Positions 25,875 to 32,574 of a stretch of DNA of 32,574 nucleotides are shown piece by piece (position 1 is the stretch's first letter; every line of letters starts with the position of its first letter). The position numbers were made by a program, and so were the translations under genes. The notes under the pieces were generated by a model, which worked only from the letters and a program-made list of their open reading frames with translations, was not told the origin of the DNA and ran no database searches. This DNA is from a virus (taxonomy: Duplodnaviria > Caudoviricetes): positions 1 through 32,574 of the IMG/VR virus record IMGVR_UViG_3300030708_001735. The stretch is one strand, 5' to 3'.

Positions 25875-28024
25875 TAGCGTCTACCATCCTCTCGTATATC
25901 AACTCTAGGTGTACCAAGTTTATATTTTGTTCCTAGTGATGTGGAATCTATTCTTAAAGCAAAAGATCTACCTCGTAAACGATAATTTAACTTTTCTGTA
26001 AACTGCTCTACTGGACTAGTTGCAGACCTTTGTGTTGTATTTTGAGTTGTTTCATTAAAATCGGCACCAGGGTTATTTCTTGATTTCATAGTAAATGATA
26101 CATCTGGATTAACACTTGTAGATCCATTGAAAGTAATATCTGGTATGACTTGTTTGATAGATAAAAATTTATCACCATCTCCAATATCAATGGCCGATGA
26201 TTCAATAAACGATGTCATAGCAGATCCATCATCATCAAACCCTACTTCATGATTATAGAGATATTGATTACCAGTGGCTTGTGGTAGATTCCTAATACCT
26301 CTATCTAGCCATGCATCTCTTGCTAATGTTCCGTAATACCAAACTTTTTCTAAATAATTATATGCAACATATTTATCTATTTGTGTACCTGCAGACGATG
26401 GGTAAAACCACAATATCTCACTAAACTCAGAATTAAGTCCCACATGTACTTTATCACGCTCTTCAAAGTTAAAATCTAGAAATACTTTATCTTTAACAGT
26501 GCATGGTAGTTGTATTGTTTGACCACCAGAATAAACGTAGAAAGTATCCACACCCATCCAGAACACTGCATCCTCAACTGCTATTGCAGAAAAGGGACTC
26601 ATAATAGTTATGTTTTTCGATAGTTCTTGCAGACCAAAAGTAAATGGTGGACCTATGAACTTCATGGCGTGTAGTGTTTTGTTAGTAAAGACTAATATCT
26701 GTTGTTTTGTTTCAACAGCTTGTACGAAGGTAGATCCACCACCTAATCTCAAATCACCTGCAGTATTTGTAGCAGTTGGAAAGAAGTCTACTGGATTTTC
26801 TTGTGAGGAAAAACGAATCAACAATGGATCTTGTACCCCGTTCCCTTGTGTAGCAGACGAGTTTGCACCTAATCCATCACAACCAAACACGATAACGTGT
26901 CGGTCTTGGTCTGACACAAGAACTTGTTTAGCAATTGTAGGCACACTTGTTTCTCCAGAGTATGTGCTTGTTGCACTAAGTTCTATTGCTCTGTTACCCA
27001 AACCATTTGTTTTATCCCAGTAAAATATACCACCATCTCTTGCGTTTATGATTATATCTTCACCAAAATTGTCATGTGACCATAATCTTATTTGTGCACC
27101 AGGGACAGTAACACTTGCTGCATTACCCCACCCAACAAAATCATTAGCAGAATCTGCATTTCCAGTTGCTAATCTAACAAGAGTATTATCTGCATGTGTT
27201 GCTGCATCTGTCCCACTTGCACCTCTGGTTGATGGTCCACCACCAGTTCCTAATGTATTAGAACTTATTGTGCCAACAGTTATAAGTTCTTCTTCTATTA
27301 ATATTAAATCACCTGCGGTAATTCCAGTAGCACTATCTACATCTATTGCAGTTTCACTTGCGTCTAGAGCTTCTGCTAGTTGTGTTGCCAAAGCACCAGA
27401 TGTTGTACCACTCCACTGACCAGCACCCCAGCCAGTTCCGCCAACTGTCACATCTAATCCAACATTTATTTGATATGCACCCACAACACTACTACCACCA
27501 TTACCAGTGTCAGATGAATTAGCTGCTACACTTGATGTGATTGTGTAGGCATTAGAGCTTATGATAGATGCAATCTGAAACTCTGCATTAAGTATTGTAG
27601 CTGTAATTGTGCCACCTAAAGTTGCTGCACCAGAGAATGTTACAAAGTCTTTTTCATTAGCACCATGTGCTGGATCTGTAACAGTTATAGTTGTTGATCC
27701 ATTTGTGGCAGCAAAAGTTATATCACCTGCACCTGTAGTATTTCTAATCGGTGTAATGTCATTAAACGTCTGACCCTCTTCTATGTAGTATTTAAGATGT
27801 GTGCCAATACCCATAAAGTCAGAACCATCAAGAGCTACCCAATTGTGCAGTCTTCTAGCACTACCTAGATACTGATTAGCACTATATTTCTCCCAACCAC
27901 CAAACTTTTCTGGAAAACCAAACCTAAATCTTACTTTATCTCCATCAACAAAGCCACCTTCATTACTATAAGATGTAATATCAGATACGATACCAGGTTT
28001 AAATTTTAAAGCTGTCATAGGCAT
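25874..28024 (-). CDS. Podovirus tail nozzle / stabilisation protein (P22 gp10 / tail tubular B-like)
   Basis: F.PGI, DKVRFR.G.PEK.GGW, WS.DNFGED, DPLLIRFS.QE, LPC.V.D.VF, RLRGR and PR.DI..DGRR. Confidence 0.7.
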   Translation of the reverse strand: MPMTALKFKPGIVSDITSYSNEGGFVDGDKVRFRFGFPEKFGGWEKYSANQYLGSARRLHNWVALDGSDFMGIGTHLKYYIEEGQTFNDITPIRNTTGAGDITFAATNGSTTITVTDPAHGANEKDFVTFSGAATLGGTITATILNAEFQIASIISSNAYTITSSVAANSSDTGNGGSSVVGAYQINVGLDVTVGGTGWGAGQWSGTTSGALATQLAEALDASETAIDVDSATGITAGDLILIEEELITVGTISSNTLGTGGGPSTRGASGTDAATHADNTLVRLATGNADSANDFVGWGNAASVTVPGAQIRLWSHDNFGEDIIINARDGGIFYWDKTNGLGNRAIELSATSTYSGETSVPTIAKQVLVSDQDRHVIVFGCDGLGANSSATQGNGVQDPLLIRFSSQENPVDFFPTATNTAGDLRLGGGSTFVQAVETKQQILVFTNKTLHAMKFIGPPFTFGLQELSKNITIMSPFSAIAVEDAVFWMGVDTFYVYSGGQTIQLPCTVKDKVFLDFNFEERDKVHVGLNSEFSEILWFYPSSAGTQIDKYVAYNYLEKVWYYGTLARDAWLDRGIRNLPQATGNQYLYNHEVGFDDDGSAMTSFIESSAIDIGDGDKFLSIKQVIPDITFNGSTSVNPDVSFTMKSRNNPGADFNETTQNTTQRSATSPVEQFTEKLNYRLRGRSFALRIDSTSLGTKYKLGTPRVDIREDGRR

Positions 28025-29181
28025 TAGAACGCACTCACTGATTTAGTTCCTGTGTAAGCGTCTTCATTAACGCTACCACTTCCATCATTAATATCTTTCA
28101 AAGCAAAAGGTCTACTACTGCCATCACTACCAGATATTGTACCAGTTAAACTAAAAGAACCATCTGTTGAATCTCTGTCCACAGTATTAGTAGCACCAGC
28201 AGAAACTGTTGCACTAAATGGATCACTGCCAGATAAGACACATGATATTGCTAAATTGTTTGTAAATATAAATCGTCTGCCTGCTGTCGGACCTACAACA
28301 TCTACGTTTTTAATTTGGTTAAAGGCTCCACGACCACCTGCTCCAAGTATAATTTCAACTACAGCTTTTCCAGTATTCACATCAATATACATGGCGATGC
28401 CCATTGTTCCAGAATTGCCATTATTAACACCAACTAAAGCACTATTCCACTGCATATATCTATAAGTATCACTTCCAACAGTATGAGTTGTATTTGTATC
28501 TGGTTGACTTGCTGAAACGCCATCAAAGGTACTTGGACCACTAGGACCTACGATAGCACCACTTATAGGTGTGCCATCCTCTAAAAAAGCGTGTGTAAAA
28601 GACATGGCAAAATCAGATCTATTTATATTTGTAAGTCCCTTACCTCCAAAAGCAGTAGCAGAGCTTGTGTTATAGTATGTAGGGTTAGCACTTCGAGTTG
28701 AATTACTACTATCTTGTGGTCTTTTCACTGTTCTAGGAGAATCTGTAAAAGAAACACCAGAACCAGCACTTCTATTATCATCAACTAATGCTGTATCAAA
28801 AGTATGTGTATCAGTCTGCACAACAACTGTAGAATTATCTGCTTCACTTATTGTAGTTGTTCCTGAGTTACTTGTTGAACTTTCTGATGATGTAAATGTT
28901 TTTAATGTAGACTGTACATTACCACTGCCTTTTAATTCTAGTGTTGTACTAGAATTAGTTGTTAAAGGTGAACCAGATGAGTTTGTAATGTTATTACCAT
29001 TTGTATCAAGTATTATTTTTTTATGTGCAGAGTTATTATCTAAACTTAAATTACCACTTATATTATCTGAAAGCTTAAAAAACTGTACTGGAAGTTTTGT
29101 CTTATCACCAGCTTTGGTATTCAAACTACCACTTGAACTAACTTCAGTAAATCCTACATTTGTTATTAATGGTATTGCCAT
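28024..29181 (-). CDS. Ser/Thr/Gly-rich tail fibre/spike-like protein
   Basis: Composition and position only. Confidence 0.5.
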   Translation of the reverse strand: MAIPLITNVGFTEVSSSGSLNTKAGDKTKLPVQFFKLSDNISGNLSLDNNSAHKKIILDTNGNNITNSSGSPLTTNSSTTLELKGSGNVQSTLKTFTSSESSTSNSGTTTISEADNSTVVVQTDTHTFDTALVDDNRSAGSGVSFTDSPRTVKRPQDSSNSTRSANPTYYNTSSATAFGGKGLTNINRSDFAMSFTHAFLEDGTPISGAIVGPSGPSTFDGVSASQPDTNTTHTVGSDTYRYMQWNSALVGVNNGNSGTMGIAMYIDVNTGKAVVEIILGAGGRGAFNQIKNVDVVGPTAGRRFIFTNNLAISCVLSGSDPFSATVSAGATNTVDRDSTDGSFSLTGTISGSDGSSRPFALKDINDGSGSVNEDAYTGTKSVSAF

Positions 29182-29188
29182 ACATCAC

Positions 29189-30073
29189 CTAATATTTAAT
29201 TGATTCTACAAAAGTAAATATGCTTCCATTTTGATTTATTGCTATTGCAAAAGATACAGAACTACCAAGACTTACACCTTGTGAGTTAGACGGATAACTT
29301 AAAGTTAATGTATTAGATGAACTTGTTTTATCCACAATTATATACTGGCCTATTGCCAAACTACCTATCGCTAAAGTTAAAGCTACGTTATTACTTGATG
29401 TATCAACCTTTTGATATATTGATTGAGCAGAAGATGGTGTAAGCGTGGCTGATGAAGATGTTATAGCACTTGGCACTGTTACAAGATTTGCATTGAAGTA
29501 TGTAGAAAATGTAGCGGCAGTGGTCTGTCTCATTGTGCCACCATCATTCGTTACAATACCATCTCCATCTGCAACTGCGGTTGTTCCAGCACTTGTGCCA
29601 CCATCCATGAGATTTAGTTCTGATGCTGTTGCAGTTAATTTAGTACCACCAAAAGTTAAGCTATCTAATAAGTCTACAACCGCTGCACCAGATCCTGCAC
29701 CATCTGCATATATTAAGGCTTTTGCACCAGCAGGCACATTCACATTACCACCAGATCCTTGTGTAAATGTAGCAGTTTGACTTGTGCTATTGTGAACAAA
29801 GAACATTTTATCTTGATCATTTGGAGATATAGTAATTGTGTTTGTACCAGACGGAGATCCACCTAATACTAAAACTTTATTGCCACCTTCGGATAATGTA
29901 CCATCACTAGTTGTTAATGTGTGACTTGTACCAGATAAGGTTATAGCTCCTACACCATTAATGGCTCTATCTAGTATATCTAAGTTGTTGTTGGTCGTTG
30001 TACCCCATGTACCAGCTTGTTCACCAGCACCTATCTTTTCAACTCCTATGTTTGATGTATATGTACTTGCCAT
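29189..30073 (-). CDS. Tail fibre protein
   Basis: MASTYT....GEQAGTWG..TN.N N-terminus; ATASELN.MDG repeat-type motif. Confidence 0.65.
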   Translation of the reverse strand: MASTYTSNIGVEKIGAGEQAGTWGTTTNNNLDILDRAINGVGAITLSGTSHTLTTSDGTLSEGGNKVLVLGGSPSGTNTITISPNDQDKMFFVHNSTSQTATFTQGSGGNVNVPAGAKALIYADGAGSGAAVVDLLDSLTFGGTKLTATASELNLMDGGTSAGTTAVADGDGIVTNDGGTMRQTTAATFSTYFNANLVTVPSAITSSSATLTPSSAQSIYQKVDTSSNNVALTLAIGSLAIGQYIIVDKTSSSNTLTLSYPSNSQGVSLGSSVSFAIAINQNGSIFTFVESIKY

Positions 30074-30075
30074 GC

Positions 30076-30561
30076 TTACCTCACTATTTCTGTATATGTC
30101 TCTGTGCCACTAGGCGTAATCTCTGTCCATGTCTCTGTGCCACTCGGTGTTATTTCTGTATATGTTTCTGTTGTGGCATCTGTTACAACATCTACAAACA
30201 GTATATCTCCAGATGATGTTTTTGTAAAATTCAAATCTTGAGAAGATATACCTGCAAGTATAGCAATACCATCTGCTGTCTGTGTAAACGCACTACTCAT
30301 GGTTACATCAGTAAAGTTAACTATTTTTATATCTTCTGTGGTTTGTGTAAAACTAGAACTAACTTCTGCGTTTACACTACCAGTTATAAATATACCAGCA
30401 GTCGTTTGTGTAAAGTTACCACTTAAAGATGAAACGCCTACGAGTGTTCCAGATCCTATACTAGAGCTTGAGGCAAGAGCGTTCATCTCTGCTGTTGCTA
30501 CTTGTAATACGCCACCTACATCAGCAAGAGCAGCTTCGGCTATGGCAGCGTGACCCAACAT
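30076..30561 (-). CDS. Tail-associated protein with C-terminal TET(Y/W)TEI(TPSG) repeats
   Basis: Three 11-aa repeats (33-bp DNA period at about 30085-30171). Confidence 0.7.
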   Translation of the reverse strand: MLGHAAIAEAALADVGGVLQVATAEMNALASSSSIGSGTLVGVSSLSGNFTQTTAGIFITGSVNAEVSSSFTQTTEDIKIVNFTDVTMSSAFTQTADGIAILAGISSQDLNFTKTSSGDILFVDVVTDATTETYTEITPSGTETWTEITPSGTETYTEIVR

Positions 30562-30731
30562 TAGTCGGCATCCTCTATCTTGTTGCCTTTAGCTACCCAT
30601 TCTTGAATTGCTTGGTAGTGTCTGTTGTCAGAGTTTATAGGTATACATACTTTTTTTCCATCTAGCTCTGCTGTTATACTAGCTTGATTGTTTCCTAAAA
30701 AAGATATGTATTTTGCTTTTGTAAAATTCAT
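30561..30731 (-). CDS. Small tail-fibre-associated protein (56 aa), not in the ORF track
   Basis: AGGAG SD; IP...DNRHYQAIQEWVA.GN.I..AD motif, recalled as common after marine phage fibre genes. Confidence 0.8.
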   Translation of the reverse strand: MNFTKAKYISFLGNNQASITAELDGKKVCIPINSDNRHYQAIQEWVAKGNKIEDAD

Positions 30732-30739
30732 ATTATCTC

Positions 30740-31846
30740 CTATAATTCTGCATCAGCTTCAAGAAATCCTGAAGTACCATTTATTATTCTAAGAACAATT
30801 CCTTCACCGATTGTGTCACTAGCACAATCTGATAGATTTAAACCAGTACTATATGTTGATGGGTCATTAATTGCATCCAAAGTAACTGAGTTATCAACAA
30901 CATTAGCTCTTAAAATACCAAGTCCTGAATCTAAAGTTGTAACAGTAGGAATACTTCTCATAATAACGGGAAAAGTAACAACTACTCTAGTAGTGGTTGC
31001 TGTCACGTAATATCCATTACCAATCTGTATAGCGTCAGAACCATTATCATTAATTCTAAAACAATACCTTTGACACAAAGCTAGTTCTTCCCCAAATGAC
31101 CTATGCTCAAATGGTGTGGCTACAGAGCCTACTTCTAGTTGTATTCCTGTAATTTCTAGTGTATTGTCTGTTGACGCAAATATGCTTCCTATTCCTACTG
31201 CTCTATTAGCATTTGTTATAGAATCTAAAGCATCGTCATTTAATGTACCACCTGTATAAGTGCTTCCTCCATGAATCCAAAAATTAATTTGCATTTCATC
31301 TGAATTATCATTATCTATTTGTGTGCTTGAAGCAGCAGGAACAGTCATTGTATATCTTGCCCATGATGTTCCTATAGTATGTAATTTACTTATTTGTCTA
31401 TTTGTACCATTAGTAAGATTTATTTCTGAAACGATTGCCCTACTCTCATTAGACTTTGCATAAAAAGAAAGTGTAAAGGCTCTTGTAGATGTACTTGTTG
31501 CTTTAAGTTGTTGTACATTAAACCCCTCAATATGTTGTTGAATAATTAATGCTTCACCTGCTGCAATAGATGTATCTGCTGTTGTGCAATCAATTTTCAA
31601 TGCGTTTGAAAAACCCTCTAAATCTGTAACAGTAGATTGTGACATTGTATATCTACCTGCTGAAGTAGCACCATGTGTCATATCATATCTATCTAATGTA
31701 AAATAACCATCTGCATCACCTTTACCTGTTGCTGATGTTGCTCTTTGAGATATTTGCATTGCACCATTAATTACGATATTTTTCCTACCAATCTGACTGT
31801 TGTCTAGGACTTCACCCATCTTTGCTAATTCTGCTGCTTTGGTCAT
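30740..31846 (-). CDS. Tail fibre / receptor-binding protein with carbohydrate-binding-like domain
   Basis: KN..INGAMQISQR, FTLSFYAK and QLEVGSVATPFEHRSFGEELALCQRY. Confidence 0.75.
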   Translation of the reverse strand: MTKAAELAKMGEVLDNSQIGRKNIVINGAMQISQRATSATGKGDADGYFTLDRYDMTHGATSAGRYTMSQSTVTDLEGFSNALKIDCTTADTSIAAGEALIIQQHIEGFNVQQLKATSTSTRAFTLSFYAKSNESRAIVSEINLTNGTNRQISKLHTIGTSWARYTMTVPAASSTQIDNDNSDEMQINFWIHGGSTYTGGTLNDDALDSITNANRAVGIGSIFASTDNTLEITGIQLEVGSVATPFEHRSFGEELALCQRYCFRINDNGSDAIQIGNGYYVTATTTRVVVTFPVIMRSIPTVTTLDSGLGILRANVVDNSVTLDAINDPSTYSTGLNLSDCASDTIGEGIVLRIINGTSGFLEADAEL

Positions 31847-32205
31847 GCTAAATCTCCGTGTAAAGTGGCACTGTGAGCACAGTCATCATTACTAGCAGAT
31901 GAGTTAAACACTTCAAGAGTAAAGCTACCTGTAGCTCTTCCTGATGTGTTAGCACCTCTATCTGTACCTGAATTTGCCGTCACAGTTTGTGATGAGTCAT
32001 CATTTGAAAAAGCATTTGTAAAAGTATAAGTGTAGTTTCCTGTACTATTGTCTGTGCTAGATGCTATGTTAGTGCTATCACTTAAAGCTGCATCACTAGC
32101 ACCAAAAAGCCAAGCCTTTGCAACTCCTTGATTAATCACAGACATAGCAGTAGAATTATTACTACTTGCATCTGTTAATGTGTTTACTCTTAATATACTA
32201 GCCAT
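31843..32205 (-). CDS. Small tail-fibre tip-like protein
   Basis: QG.AKAW, S.N..S.TD..TG.Y...F and terminal HGDLA. Confidence 0.7.
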   Translation of the reverse strand: MASILRVNTLTDASSNNSTAMSVINQGVAKAWLFGASDAALSDSTNIASSTDNSTGNYTYTFTNAFSNDDSSQTVTANSGTDRGANTSGRATGSFTLEVFNSSASNDDCAHSATLHGDLA

Positions 32206-32574
32206 TATGCGAGGTCTCCGTGTGCTGAATGTCCAAAACTAGTTGTATCAACTTGGTTTCCATTTTCTTTGTGCAATATTACATATGAACCTGTTGCGTG
32301 AGACTCAACTTGATTGGCAACATTATCATTACTAGTAACATTATCAGCAGCATCAGTTACAGTATAGTTAGCGTTTCCCATGTCATTATTTATAGTAATA
32401 GTGAAATGACCTGTTCCCTCATCTGTAATACTACTTATATTTAAACTGTCTGTATTTGCAGCAGTTGACATATTAGTTCTTGCCCAAACTTTACACAACC
32501 CTTGTTGCAGATTAGTTGTTGTACTATTGCCTTCACCTGTAACATCAATAGAACCTGCTGTGGTTACACCTGTA
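32205..32574 (-). CDS. Paralogue of the preceding protein, 5'-truncated by the window edge
   Basis: The frame is open to the window end (TGVTTAGSIDVTGEGNSTTTNLQQGLCKVW...HGDLA). Confidence 0.75.
   Translation of the reverse strand, partial: TGVTTAGSIDVTGEGNSTTTNLQQGLCKVWARTNMSTAANTDSLNISSITDEGTGHFTITINNDMGNANYTVTDAADNVTSNDNVANQVESHATGSYVILHKENGNQVDTTSFGHSAHGDLA

Noticed and set aside
18673-31010. Numerous plus-strand ORFs opposite the structural genes, and similar shadow ORFs in the replication region
   Set aside because: Antisense or alternate-frame shadows of long genes, with no SD or recognisable motifs.
1-32574. tRNA, rRNA, integrase, transposase, intron or intein
   Set aside because: None recognised by eye, and the polymerase and helicases are of uninterrupted length; tRNAscan and Infernal were not run.

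Overview
This AT-rich window (roughly one-third GC, estimated by eye) is part of a tailed dsDNA phage genome, probably a marine podovirus-like phage of an alphaproteobacterial host (inferred from gene content only). Layout: (1) 1-8300, four short early operons of small hypothetical genes, each behind a sigma70-like promoter, interleaved with terS, a resolvase-like nuclease and repeat arrays; (2) 8319-11785 on the minus strand, a SNF2 helicase followed by an overlapping cassette of a YhhQ/VUT preQ0 transporter, a minimal QueF-like T-fold protein, a TGT-fold DpdA-like protein and a Mom-like (XF1762-type) GNAT; (3) 11862-18618, a replication operon (SSB-like, AEP primase, AlpA-like HTH, UvrD-like helicase, DUF6378, Leu762 PolA); (4) 18615-end on the minus strand, lysozyme, ejection proteins and tail proteins. 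The two best candidates for undescribed biology are an ~85-nt standalone small RNA (6428-6515) antisense to the ribosome-binding leaders of the first gene of all four early operons, together with a shared 12-bp operator-like motif, and a salvage-type 7-deazaguanine DNA-modification cassette with an extra GNAT. A hand scan also found no CCGG, GCGC or CGCG, while GGCC and CCWGG are strongly enriched at the left end. All family calls come from motif recognition, not database searches, and all counts are by hand.
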